Assembly (NCBI GenBank): GCA_964016885.1
Contig: OZ024740.1
Coordinates: 333,064,001 to 333,128,000, forward strand
DNA: 64,000 nt
Reading direction: 5' to 3'
From: Eledone cirrhosa
Taxonomy: Eukaryota
In this document: one piece after another, positions 12,002-24,800 of the stretch
Layout: each line of letters starts with the position of its first letter
How positions within the stretch are numbered: the stretch's first letter is position 1
Program-made: the position numbers and the translations under genes
The notes under the pieces: model-generated
Database searches by the model: none
The model's input: the letters and a program-made list of their open reading frames with translations, nothing else
Told to the model about the DNA's origin: nothing

Positions 12002-12047
12002 CCTTTCAAGGATTTACACAAATCCAGCCTCCTGTCATTTCATTATA

Positions 12048-12048
12048 A

Positions 12049-12080
<32 letters not shown>

Positions 12081-12105
12081 GTATATATATATTTTTTTTT
12101 ATATA

Positions 12106-12159
<54 letters not shown>

Positions 12160-12171
12160 TATAAAGTTATT

Positions 12172-12205
<34 letters not shown>

Positions 12206-12213
12206 AAAATATA

Positions 12214-12278
<65 letters not shown>

Positions 12279-12309
12279 ATACATATATATATATAAATAA
12301 CTTAATATA

Positions 12310-12366
<57 letters not shown>

Positions 12367-12422
12367 GCATCTATATAAAAAAATGTATATATATATACAT
12401 ATATATGTATATATATATATTT
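12048..12422. repeat. Degenerate (TA)n microsatellite
   Basis: Long interrupted TA run; source of the spurious YIYI ORFs. Confidence 0.95.
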
Positions 12423-12464
12423 ATAATAAAGATGAAATAAAGATGGTTATAATAGTTCCATATA

Positions 12465-12530
12465 TTTTTCTATACTATTTCGAATACAAAATCATTCTGC
12501 GACAGTTTCCGTGTTCTCTTCAGATAACAA
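12465..12530 (-). ncRNA. Hammerhead in 3' pLTR (stem III 1-nt deletion, stem I weakened)
   Basis: ttat-CTGAAGA-gaacacggaaac...gattttgtattc-GAAA-tagta-TA-gaaaaa. Confidence 0.7.
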
Positions 12531-12726
12531 ATAGAGGTACAATAATATGAGACATAATAGCACGTGTTTATAGGATAGTGCTAAGTCTACATATGAGAGA
12601 AATATATGTGTTAATAATATAGTAAGAAATAGATAGGAAAAAAGAAGGAAAGGAAAGAAGAAGAGAAAACAAGGAAAAAGTAAGAGAAGAAAGAAAAGAA
12701 AAGAAAAAAGAAGGAAGAATATATAT

Positions 12727-12808
<82 letters not shown>

Positions 12809-14466
12809 TTGATCAGGAACGCTGTCAAATTGAAAACAGCTGTAAATAACGGTTACAAAATAAATTGATGAGGTGTATGTGCGAATATTATAGAAGGTAT
12901 TAAAATATTTGAGGTCTAAATATAGAAACTTGGTATATTATTTTATATTGGGTTTAAATACTAAAAATTGGTTTAAGTGTAAAAATGTATGAAAATAAAT
13001 ATAAAAAGATTTATAAAAGAAAATAAAAATATTCTACCTATGTCAAAGTTAATAAATTCTAGTAAAACTATATATGTGGGGTATAGTATTTAAGTTTTAT
13101 TTTATATCATCAAGTAAATAAAGGAAATTGCTAGAAGGATTTATAAACGTAGAAAAAACGTAGAGAAAATCTATTATAATATGAAGTCATCTTTTGTTTA
13201 CAAAATCTACGAAGGTTTGACCGAGAATCTAAGGCTATACAAAAGAAGATCAAAGGCTTAATATATAATGAGAAAACCAAAATAATACATTGTAGAATAT
13301 ATTGAAAGAGGTGTAAAGATACAGTGACTCGTGGAATATGTTATAGGACATCAGCTATATACTTTATGAAAGGTCTTGTAGGATTTATGGTTACAAAGTC
13401 CAAATAAATCGGTTCTTCAATTTATTATTGTGTTGAAATTCGAGATAATAGTAAATTCTTCAGCTAGGCACAAATTAGAAACACTAGATATGGAAGCATT
13501 GGAGTATGGAGATGCGTTGTAGATCTTATGCCAAGAAATTACTTAATTTATGTTTTGGGCTTTTAAGGACCAAATAAGTTCTGAGAGTGCGGTGCTCGTC
13601 CTTTTAAATGTAGATTTAAAAGTAGAAACATGATTATAGAAACTTGCTTTAAAGGAGGTAGAAGTATAGCCAATGTAGGTACAGGAATTCGTACTAGATA
13701 CCACTTTACATTCGTATACTAGGTTTTTATCGAGACAGAATTTACTAAGAGGACAATTAGTTCTAATAGGGCACTTGCATTTACGATTAAGATTATTTAC
13801 AGAGTTATTGGCAAGTGGCCCAGGATTAATTATATTAGCATCAGGAGTGGTGGAATTAATTAAAAGAGGTTCTAATGTTTCTAGATTTACATTACTATTT
13901 GATGCATTCCTCAATGTTACGTTTGACGTATTTATACTTGTGTTATTTTGCCTAGAGTTTACATTGACGTCGGGCCGTATACTGTTATTGTTATGACTCT
14001 CATGGCTGGATGCATATGAGTTATTATTTAATATTTTAGAATTATGTCTGGAGATAATCTTTTAAATGTTCGAAATAGTAGAATACGAGTATTTAATAGT
14101 ATGCATATTGAAAATCTTGCTACATATATGTGAAGGAGGGAAGTTGTTATGTAATGCCCTAAAAATAATTTAGGGACATTAATAACGGAGAAAGAGAATG
14201 GAGGGTTGTACCAAATGATATTTTTATATCTAGGTCTCCTCCTTTTGTTAGCAGTATAATTATTACTATCTACATTACTAGAGTTATTATAACTTCTGCT
14301 AAGATTATGTTATTTAGTATGCCTAATTTTGTCTAGATATCCAGCCCTAGATAGCGCTCTATTATAATAGTACACATTAGCTTCGAAAATATCCTTATTA
14401 GAGGATAAATTAGACATTCTATCCTATAAACAAGTGCTTGAATGTCTCAAATCATTGTACCTTATA

Positions 14467-14535
14467 TTTTTTATCTGAAGAGAACACGGAATCTGTCGCA
14501 GGATGATTTTGTATTCGAAATACGTATAATAAAAT
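14467..14535 (+). ncRNA. Type I minimal hammerhead ribozyme, intact core
   Basis: ttttat-CTGAAGA(14475-14481)-gaacacggaatc...gattttgtattc-GAAA(14517-14520)-palindromic tacgta-TA-ataaaa. Confidence 0.85.
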
Positions 14536-14651
14536 ATATGGAACTATTCTAACCATTTTATTTCATCTGTATTATATATACTCCAGTTCTACCAACTGAT
14601 GAGTGTTACATTTCTGATATATGAATAGTTTTATTGTTCTACAATATTACT

Positions 14652-14704
<53 letters not shown>

Positions 14705-14719
14705 ATGTGTATATATAAA

Positions 14720-14783
<64 letters not shown>

Positions 14784-15368
14784 TATGTACACGTATATAT
14801 ATATATGAATACAGACGTACAGTAGTGTGTATATATATACATACATACATGCACACATATATATATGCACGTATGGATTCACCGAACATTTATTATAAGG
14901 CTAACCATTATCACAACCACGAACCTCTTTACTACTATTACACACACACACACACGCACACATATTTCTTTTAAAAGACTTATTTTTCAGTGACTTCTCA
15001 ATCAGCCGACACAAACCTACCTTTGGCGCAAAATCAATTTTTAACATTCACATGACCTCTACCGACCAATCAAAATTGTTTTGACCACAAGAATTTTTGC
15101 AACACGAATTGGCGCGAAACTTATTTTAATACCGCTGGGACCACTTTTTTCACATAAAAACAGGTAGAATTTCCAAAACTAATCAGATTAGAGCAAACAT
15201 CACGGACGCTCTATCTCAAAATTATTTTTGAAAACTATTAGAAATGCGCAACCGGTAAAACTTAAAACCCAAATTGAATACTACCCAATACTATTACTAA
15301 TTCACACTTATTCCTAATTAAACTCTTTTTCACTGTGAACAATTTGTCAGCATTTTCTTTTCCGTTTA

Positions 15369-15404
<36 letters not shown>

Positions 15405-15559
15405 TAAAGTTAGTCCTTCATCAGTGATCTTCCAACCATCATTGGTATTTCATCGCTTTAAAGACCATATACCTCCGGTTGGTGCGAGCAACGGCTAAAA
15501 AAAGTCGTTGGGACACGTAAATAAAGGGGAAACGAGAGTGTAAACAAACAAAGATGGTG

Positions 15560-15850
15560 AAGCAACGAAAAGTGAGGAAGAAGGAATCAAGTCCCAAATT
15601 TCCATGAACATAAGTTCGGTGAAATCGTGAACGAGAGAGAATAAAGACCATCACACCTGGTTGGAATGTGAGCAAGGAAGGAATTCCGTACAGGTCTAAC
15701 AGGAGGAAGAAGGAATCTAGTCTGTGAATTCGGTAAACATAAGTTCTGTGAAATCGTAGACGAGAGAGAGAAAAAAAAGGAGACCTGCTTGACCAAGGGT
15801 GCGAAAGAAAAGAATTACGCACAGGGCAAACAGGAAGAAGGAGGAGGAGG
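15560..15850. repeat. Degenerate ~130 bp tandem duplication
   Basis: gaggaagaaggaatc...aacataagttc.gtgaaatcgt...gagagaga occurs at ~15574 and ~15703. Confidence 0.6.
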
Positions 15851-16010
15851 AGAGGTAGTAACAGAGAGTGAATGAGTGAAGGGTGAGGAATAGGCTAACA
15901 GAGAGAGTGACTGCTAGAGAGGGTAAAGATACAGAGAAAGAGGAAGCAGTAAGAACGAAATAGACGGGTCACAGCGAGGGAAAAAATATGTGTAAATATA
16001 TATATATTTA

Positions 16011-16090
<80 letters not shown>

Positions 16091-16274
16091 TGTGTGTGTC
16101 TGTGTTTGTGTGTGTTAGGTCATTCCAAAAGAAAAAAGAGTGCTCTATGTATAGAACAGAACAGTGGTATTTAATTAGAAAGTGAACAACACAAAATATA
16201 ACTACTCCATTATCAAAGGTTTCTTTGATCCAGAAACCTTTGGTAATGGAGTAGTTATATTTTGTGTTCTCCAC

Positions 16275-16319
<45 letters not shown>

Positions 16320-16322
<3 letters not shown>

Positions 16323-16488
16323 ACGAAACATAAGTCAATTGCATGAACTCATAATCCTTTATTTACTGCTATATATATTTCGATGATAGCCATTGAATGG
16401 CTATGACCTCATGAGGCAGTTATTCAGTTCTTAGATATGCCAGCTCTGTGTTTGTGGTGTTGATGGTATCAGAGCCTTGGGACATATA
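16320..16488 (-). mobile_element. pLTR fragment with hammerhead (16365-16420; core CTCATGA)
   Basis: Minus: actgc-CTCATGA-ggtcatagccattcaatggctatcatc-GAAA-tatata-TA-gcagt-aaataaa. Reverse complement of 40930-41078. Confidence 0.75.
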
Positions 16489-17029
16489 TATAAAGAAAAA
16501 ACGATGAAATCGAAAATGCAACTGGAGTCTTATTGTTAAAAAGAAATATATATTTATTGTTAAAAAGAAATATATATTTATATATATATTAAACCATCGT
16601 TTAAACTCAACTTTTAAATATATATATAAAATGTAATATATGGTTAATCTCCTTTACATACGGTTTTCTATATCCAACCACCTACAACATCATCCTTCAG
16701 ATTATATCAATATATGATGCCTATATATTTAATTTACTTTCTATTATCCTACCTCATAAATATATTATTACACTTATCAATAGATTATAACCTTTTTATT
16801 ATATGACTACTTGAAATTCTTTTAAGGAAAATTTTCCTTGAAAAACTTTCGGAAGGTTTTAGAAAATTTTTTGAAAGTTCCATTGAAAGATATGATCAAA
16901 CCATTATTTTCATATCTTCCAATATTTTTATATCTTCAAACATTTTTTAATATATGTATCCAAATATTTATATATATGTGGAATAACATATGATTTTTAT
17001 ATATAGGTTTTTTATATATATATATATAT

Positions 17030-17523
17030 GTGGAATAACCGATGGCCTGTCAACATTGTAGACTTCCCGCTAGCACACCCAGGCCTAGGGTAGCTACGTT
17101 CCTAGAGTACTCGGAAAAATCAATTTCCATTTCTTTCGCTGGACGATACCACTCGAAACTGGCTGACACGTGGTTAGGAGGTGCTGGCTGGGATTCACAA
17201 TCAAAGGCTCTAATCTTTACTCTATTATCCCACCCTGATATCTTATCGAGAGTAACTTTTTCATATAAGACTCTCCCTGTAAGTTCATTAAATAATTTTT
17301 TTAAATTTATTTTCCAATTTTCAATTTATTATTTTTTAATTTAATTTCATACTATAACTCGTAACATAAGTTTAACGTTCCAATTTTCTGCTCACACATT
17401 AGACCATACACACAGCCATTATATATGCCTTTGTTAAAATATAGATTCTTTAGAATAACATTTTTCGCGGCGTTTTCTAGCTTGATTGTAGTGTGACCAT
17501 TACGCTGACTTCTTTTTTTTTCT

Positions 17524-17558
<35 letters not shown>

Positions 17559-18020
17559 ATCTTTCTTGCTTTCTTCCCCTTTTTAATTATTTGACGGAGA
17601 GGTGGTAGTACATTATAAGCCTTCGCCCCTTCACCAGATGGTCATTAGCAGAACGAGTAGCCATCACTTTGAGGGCGACTGGCCGAGGTGAAGGCAGCTA
17701 GTTGGTCAGTCGTCCTGTTTGTCTCTGATTTTTCGGACCCATGGTTTTTACATATTCCTTTGTTATATTTCAAATACCTGATGAAATCACCGGATTCATA
17801 TGGAACCCGGTCATTGAAATGATCATAGTATAATAAACCTTTCAAGGATTTACACCAGTCCAGCATCCTGTTATTTTTATTGATAATTAACTCCGTATTC
17901 ACACCACCAACTACACAAACGAAGACGGGTGAACTGCACTACGTTGAGTACTCTCTACAATATTACACCAAGATTGACCGTATGGAATTCTATCCAGTGG
18001 TGCACCAACAAACCTAAAGA
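17030..18020 (+). mobile_element. Diverged relative of the 8493-12047 element, with intact hammerhead at 17774-17831
   Basis: 17101-17138 resembles 10638-10675; 17665-18015 aligns with 9030-9390; atac-CTGATGA(17778)...GAAA-tgatca-TA-gtat-AATAAA. Confidence 0.8.
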
Positions 18021-18641
18021 TATATATATATATATATATATAAATCATCAAGCAATTACCGGGAATAATTTGTTAAAGAGTGTAAACACAAATATTTACG
18101 TAGGTAACATGTTAAACATTAAGGAGAACCTCGGATATAGACCAATAATAATAAATCTCCTTTGTATATATCTCATTAAAGAAGCATATTTCACACATAA
18201 TCGCAAATCACAGATGCTAAATCCCGGATCATTGGCAAAGAAGGAGATTTAAATAACTTTGATTGCACACCAAAATCATATCTGGAATTGACGAAAAAGA
18301 CGTGTCGTTTTTGGAAAAATATACACATCACCCAGCCATGTATATAGGATTATCGACAGCTAGAAATAGCAGCTGAGACTTTTCAACAGAAAAACCCTCT
18401 ACTCTTAAATTAAGGCTGCCATATCTGAGAATATCAGAAACATACCACCTGTCGAATAAGCTCAAAGATTCTAAGGGATAAATCCGAGCGTTTATTAGCA
18501 TTAAATTAAAAATCAATTGACATATATAAAATAGACACATCAAACAATCATAGGGGATAATTTGCAAAGAGTGTAAACACACAGAGGTACGTAGGTAACA
18601 ATAAAAATTAACGAAATCCTCGAATATAGATACCTTGCAAT

Positions 18642-18703
<62 letters not shown>

Positions 18704-18779
18704 AGTATATGTTGGTTGTATACCAACACCTCAATATGCAGGCTGGAGCACTCGACGAGTGCGCAGGTTAGTTTGGTTA

Positions 18780-19480
18780 CTCCGTAGTAATGTAATATAA
18801 AGTACAATAAATAAGTCAAATGTTTAAAATTTAGCTTCGTTTATTACTGCTATATATTTCGTTTATTACTGCTATATATTTCAGGCAGTCCGAATTAGTG
18901 TGGTATAGACATGTACATATGTTGTTGAGGTGTATAATTTTGTCAATACTCTGATATGCCCAGTTCCTGGTTGGGTTGTTATTTCACTGAGGAACTGGAA
19001 TCATATGAATTCAAACAAACGAATTTCAGTGTCAAAGGGCCTCTTCTCCTCTCATTGGTCAGTTGTTATAACATTCCTCATTCAAAAGTCTATGGAAATT
19101 CGTTCTGAGGCAAGTCAATCTGTAGTTGTTGTTCTTGTTATTGTTAGGTACATCTGACCTCAATTCTTGTGTTGGTAGTGTTGGTAGTGTTGGTAGTGTT
19201 GTTATTGTTGGAGTTAGCTTAAACAATTGATAAAGTGGTCGAAGGAACAAGGTGGTAAAGGAACAAAATAACAAAAAAATGTCAAACTTCCCATTGGTCA
19301 GTTTTGAGAACATTCCTCAGTCAGAAGTCTATAAAAATTCTTTCTGGGGTGAGGCTCCCTGTAGTGTTTGTGTTTGCTATTGTTAAGTACATTTGACCTC
19401 TACCCTTATTTCGGTATTGTTGTTGGTGTTGTGGTCAGCTTATGTCTTGCTGCTGCTGAAAATTTAGAAGTATCTGTGTG
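18780..19480 (-). repeat. Non-coding pLTR-type repeat related to 16320-16488 and 40720-41078, with internally deleted HHR
   Basis: Minus 18840-18890 reads actgc-CTG|AAA-tatatagcagt-aataaac with the 3' half duplicated; ctcattggtcagtt is shared with 40870-40880; internal ~240 bp duplication. Confidence 0.55.
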
Positions 19481-19511
19481 TGTTTTTTCATCATCCCGGC
19501 ACCATCTCCCG

Positions 19512-19667
19512 TGGTGGTGGGGAGGGGGGAGGCGTCTTCTTCCATGTATATGAAGAGATATAAGGCAATAAATGAGGAAAACATTATTATTTATTTTCTG
19601 TTTTCTTCATTTATTGCGTTATATCTCTTCATATACATGGAAGAAACCCCCCGCCCCACCACCACCA
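19512..19667. repeat. ~70 bp-arm inverted repeat at the end of an R4 copy
   Basis: gtggtggtgggg...tcttccatgtatatgaagagatataa...gaaaaca versus tgttttc...ttatatctcttcatatacatggaaga...ccccaccaccac. Confidence 0.85.
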
Positions 19668-21637
19668 ATTTTCTTTAACCATCCCTGGAAACCTTTTGAA
19701 ATAGTGCGTAGTTCGCCTATGACAACCGGGACCACTTTGACTTCATGGCAGTTCCAAATCCTTTTTACCTCCCACTTTAAGTCCTGATTATCGGTTAATT
19801 TTCTCCATCTCCTTCTCTTGCACTCTCGTGTCGAATGGGCGGGCCATATCAAAAATCAGGTACGATCTTTTTTTCCTTGTCCAAAACAACCAGGTCAGAT
19901 TCTATTGTGTTCCAGTTTCTTGTCCGTCTGTATCCTAAAATCCCATAGCACCTTCACCTGATCGTTTTCTATCACCGACTCTGGCTTATGCTCATACCAC
20001 TTCTCAGAATGTGGTAAATTGTTAATTTGCACAGGTGCCAGAGGATCACCCTGCCCATCACATCATGTCTCCAACATTTATAGTGAGTCTGGGCTAGGTG
20101 TTTACACTCGGATACAATGTGAGCCACAGTCTCCAATCTCTCTCTCCACAGATCCTGCACAGTGGGCTAGTCTTCTCCTTGTATATATGGTGTTTCAGCC
20201 ACTTCGTTTTGAGGGCCTGCTCTTGCGCAGCCATTAGCATTCCTTCTGTAGCCTTTGTAAGGTCTCCTCTTCTCAACCAGTTCCATGTCTGTGGATTTCT
20301 GAATTCCGTTTTCTCAAAGAAGGTACTATGAATTGAATTTTCATGAAGGTTGCTCTTTCTCCTTTTGTTATTTCCTCTTTGGACATCCCCTGGTCTATTG
20401 TCCTCTCCTTCAGTACAATTCTGAGCATTGGCTCCTTACTATCGGTCACGTATTTGTGTAGGTTGTTTTTCTCCATCTGAACACAGTCCTCTATGCTGAT
20501 AAGACCTCTTCCACCTTCAGATCTCCTTAAGTAGAGTCTAACGACATCACTCCTCTTGTGGAACATGTTGTAGATAGTCAATCCCTTCCTAGTCTTCCTA
20601 TCCATTTCTTTTTGTTCAACAACATTCCATCTCAGAATTCCCGCACTGTACCTAATAATAGACACAGCTCGGGAATTTACTGCACTTATGGCATTCCTAC
20701 TGTTCAGATGTGACTTTAATACGCTCCTTACTCGCCGAATGTATTCAGATCTTATCAATTCCTTCATTTTTTTGTTTTTGATTTTATCAGCCTCCAGAAT
20801 ACCCAAATACTTGTATCCTTCTTCAGTGTAAATTTCCTTTATCATCTCACCTGTTGGTACCTGGATTCCGTTGCTTCTGCTCAATTTACCCCTCCTCATC
20901 ACAAGGAGTCCACACTTACTAATACCAAATTGCATACATATATCATTGCTGAAAATACGGACAGTGTCAACAAGCACATCCAACTCTTTCTCACTCTTCC
21001 CGAAGAGCTTAAGATCGTCCATGAAGAGGAGGTGGTTGATGGTAAGCTCTCCCTTTCCCAACTTGCATCCTGCTCTCACTTTTCGCAGTATAATGGTCAG
21101 GGGGCATCAGGGAAAGGACAAACAACAGAGGGGACAGACTATCTCCCTGGAAGATACCTCTTTTGATCTTCACGCCTCCCAAGGATTCTCCAGCTGATGT
21201 TAACACAGTGGGCTAGCCTCCTCCTTTTATATATGGTGTTTCAGCCACTTCGTTTTGAGGGCCTGCTCTTGCGCAGCCATTAGAATTCCTTCTGTAATCT
21301 TTTTAAGGTCTCCTCTTCTCAACCAATTCCATGTCTGTGGATCTCTGAATTCCGTTTTCACAAGGAAGGTACTATGAAGGGATTTTTCATGAAGGCTGCT
21401 CTTTCTCCTTTTGTTATTTCCTCCTTGGAGATCCCTTGGTCTATTGTCCTCTCCTTCAGTACACTTCTGAGCATTGGCTCCTTACTATCGTTCACGTATT
21501 TGTGTAGGTTGTTTTTCTCCATCTGAACACAGTCCTCTATGATGATAAAACCTCTTCCAGCTTCAGATCTTAAGTAGAGTCTATCGACATCACTCCTCTT
21601 GTGGAACATGGTGTAGATAGTCAATAGCTTCCTAGTC
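19668..21637 (-). mobile_element. R4/Dong-clade RLE LINE family B; two fused decayed segments (21637-21206 and 21205-19668)
   Basis: GIFQGDSLSPLLF, HLLFMDDLKL, YKYLG, RLYLRRSEGGRGL, CRIC...HIVSEC (CCHC) and DLKWEV...VVPVVIG; frameshifts; 21206-21637 duplicates ~20158-20595. Confidence 0.9.

Positions 21638-21711
<74 letters not shown>
21638..21711 (-). repeat. (TAA)n 3' tail / target of the R4/Dong element
   Basis: About 24 perfect TTA units directly downstream (minus strand) of the element's ~140 bp 3' UTR; Dong-type R4 elements associate with TAA repeats. Confidence 0.9.
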
Positions 21712-21851
21712 TGCATTTATCTTGCTTTATGTTTATACGAGTTATCACCAAGTCACAACCAGTGACCTCAAGAGACAACAAGGTCCGCCATGTTCAAGAA
21801 AGAACACACATATTCACACATGTATCCTTAGTGTTTAGACTTGTGATGTAC

Positions 21852-24800
21852 TTATATTGACAGGATCTTCCTTAGTATATGGGCAGTTCCCATTAGTACT
21901 ATCTTTTGTATTTCTCCTATACGCGGGTTACCTGGGATTTGCGATAAGTAATCATTAGACCCCTTAGGTATCATTCCCAGAGCGCCTACAACCACTGGTA
22001 TTGTTTTAGTTCTCAATTTCCACATTTTTCCAATTTCCATCTCCAGGTCCTTATACTTGCTCAATTTTTCAAATGTTTTTATAGATACATTCTTGTCTAT
22101 TGGAACAGACATATCAATCAGCAGGCATACCCTCCTTTGAAAGTCCTTCAATATTATATCAGGTCTATTTGCATCTATTTTTCGGTCTGTTTGGATGCTA
22201 AAGTTCCACAAGATTGAGATGTGATATTTTTCAAGTATGGGAGGTGGTTGATGCTCCCACCAATTCTTTTGATGGGGCAGGTCAAAATGCTTACACATTA
22301 TCCAATGTATGTATTGTGCAGCTCTGTCATGCCTGTTTAGGTATTCGGTTGGAGCTATAGGACTGCACATTGAAATTATATGGTCAATGGTCTCTGGTTG
22401 TTTTTTGCATACACGGCATAATGGGCTGCACCCATTTTTTATTATGTTGGCTTGGTCATTTTTTGTTGGCAGACACTGATCTTGTGCGGATATAATCAGT
22501 CCTTCAGTCTCCGATTTCAGTCCAGAGGATGCCAACCACTGATGGGTTAAAGTTTTGTCAACATCAGGATTGTTAGCTCGCTCTGGGTATTTTCCATACA
22601 GAGGCTTTTCTTGCCATTTCTTAGCCAGTTTCTGTAGCAGTTCTTTCTTTGCAGTTACTTTTACCTGCTTTGCTTTTTCTGTGTTTTCCATTTCAGCAGT
22701 AAATGGGACTTCTGAAATTTGTAGTCCATTACTGTATCTTTGTGCATCTTTTGTAATGGAATATGATCTTTTGGTGCTTTCGTGTTTCAAAACGAGTTTG
22801 ATCATCCAATCATGTGATTCCCTTAGATATGTGGATAATCCAATTGTTGCAGTTTTCAACGCAATGTCTAACTGGATTAACCCACGTCCTCCTTCTTTCC
22901 TAGGGAGATATATTCTATCTATGTCTGCCTTAGGGTGATGCATTCTGTGCATGGTTAAGAATTTTCGGATTTTTGTATCGAGCCTACGGATCTCTGTGCT
23001 TGACCAGTTGATGACATTGTAACTGTAGGTTACTACTGGTATGGCAAGCGTGTTTATGGCATCGATCCTATTCCTTGCATTCAATTCCGTTCTTAAGATT
23101 GCTCTGACTCTGCGGTAACACTCCTTCCTTATCCTTTCCCTCATTGTCGAGTGCTTGATTCCGTCTCTTTCACAAACACCTAGATATTTGTAAGTTTGTT
23201 CTTGATCAAGCTCTCTTATCACGTTCCCCCGATCAAGATTAATGTCTGAACTTTTCAGCAGCTTTCCTCTGGTGAACGTTGCTTTGGAGCATTTATCCAG
23301 TCCAAACTCCATTTTAATGTCATCACTGAACTGCTTCACAGTGGATAATAGCCCTTGCAATTGTTCATCATATTTTGCAAATAGTTTCAGGTCATCCATG
23401 TAGAACAGGTGATTAATGGTTTTGTCATAGACTCTATATCCATGTTTTGTTTCATTGAGCATTTTACTTAATGGTATAAGTGCGATGCAGAATAAAAGCG
23501 GTGATAAAGAGTCACCCTGAAAAATTCCACAATTAATGTTAACTTCTCCAGCTTCCAGTGATTTTGTTTCACTATTCAAAAGGAGTGTCGTTCTCCATGT
23601 CCTCATACTGAATGACAAAAACCTCCTGACAACGGGGGATATTTTGAAAATCTCTAAACATATTTCAATCCAACTGTGTGGCAAACTATCAGATGCTTTT
23701 TTATAATCTATCCAAGCAATCGATAGATTTTTGTGTCTATTATGACAATCTTCCAGTATCATTTTGTTAACCAGAAGCTGATCCTTACAGCCATATGAGC
23801 CTCGTTTACACCCTTTCTGCTCAATGGGAAATAGGTCATTTGTTATCAGGTGGTCATATGTGTATTCAGTTAGGACTAATGTTAAAATTTTATACATCGT
23901 GGTCAAGCAGGTTATCGGTCTGTAATTTTTGGGATTGTTTGTCTCATCATTCTTCGGTAGCAGGAATGTAATGCCGTTAACTAGCCATGATGGTATCTTT
24001 TCTGGCTCCTTAACTATTTCATTGTAAAGTTGGGCTAACAGCTCATGAGACTCTGTGAAGGCATTTATCCAAAAGTTTTGTATTTTGTCTTTTCCTGGGG
24101 ATTTCCATTTGCTGGTTTTTCTTAGAGCCAAGCGCAGCTGTTCAACTGTTATATTTTCCCATGTTTGTTCTTCAAGGTGAGCTGTTTCTTTCATTTGTCT
24201 GTCTATCCATGGGGCATGTATGTTATGAACTTTTTCTTCGGCCCAGATCTTTTCCCAGAATTCTTGCACTTCCTCCTTGGGTGGTATTGATTTAGCAGTT
24301 ATTGTTGACTTACCAATTTTTCTGTAGAAGTTTCTTTGGTTGTTTTTGAACATATTATTGTCCTTATAGAATCTAGATCGTTTTTAAAAGCGCCTTATAC
24401 GAGCAGCTTTGGCCGACACTTTTTGCTTGATTGTTTCTATCAGCATGTCTATGTCACATGTTGATCTTATACTGTATTTCTTTTTCAATTTTCTAAGTTT
24501 AGTTTGTTTAACATGTTCACCTACTTTATAGTTTGTTAAAATTTCTATGTCAGATCGGAGAAGGTTTATTTGGCGATTGATGTTATCTTGCCAAGTAGAT
24601 TTCTTGTGGGAATTCCTTTGTTTTTTCATCTTCACTCCACATAAGTGAGTGGTGACTTTAGCCGATGCATAATAGAGATGATTTAAGTCAGTAATGTTTA
24701 TTTTGTTTGTGATGATAATGTTTTTGAGAATTATGTTAGTCTTGTGTATTATCTTTTGGTTCTGTTTGGAGTTCTGGATCTTAGGGAGGGTGTCTCGTTC

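Larger units (their letters stand above)
8493..12047 (+). mobile_element. Non-autonomous PLE/retrozyme-like element: inverted 5' segment + pLTR + non-coding body + pLTR
   Basis: 8493-8643 is the reverse complement of 9243-9395. Direct repeats 8645-9247 and 11466-12047 are near-identical and each has an HHR. The body has internal tandem duplications (9695-9800/9925-10030; 10560-11060/11070-11560) and no RT/EN ORF. (TA)n on both flanks. Confidence 0.85.
12423..14578 (-). mobile_element. 5'-truncated Penelope-like element with inverted pLTR at its 5' junction
   Basis: Minus strand IIWYNPPF (14200-14222) and ORF 13543-13914 CKCPIRTNCPLSKFCLDKNLVYECKV...YIGYTSTSFKASFYNH...TALSELIWSLK (GIY-YIG). 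12423-12545 is the reverse complement of ~14450-14578. Confidence 0.88.

Noticed and set aside
12079-12828. ORFs rich in YI, SL, VC or HT dipeptides (also at 14.6, 16.0, 41.0, 41.8 and 48.3 kb)
   Set aside because: They are translations of (TA)n, (CT)n and (CA)n microsatellites.
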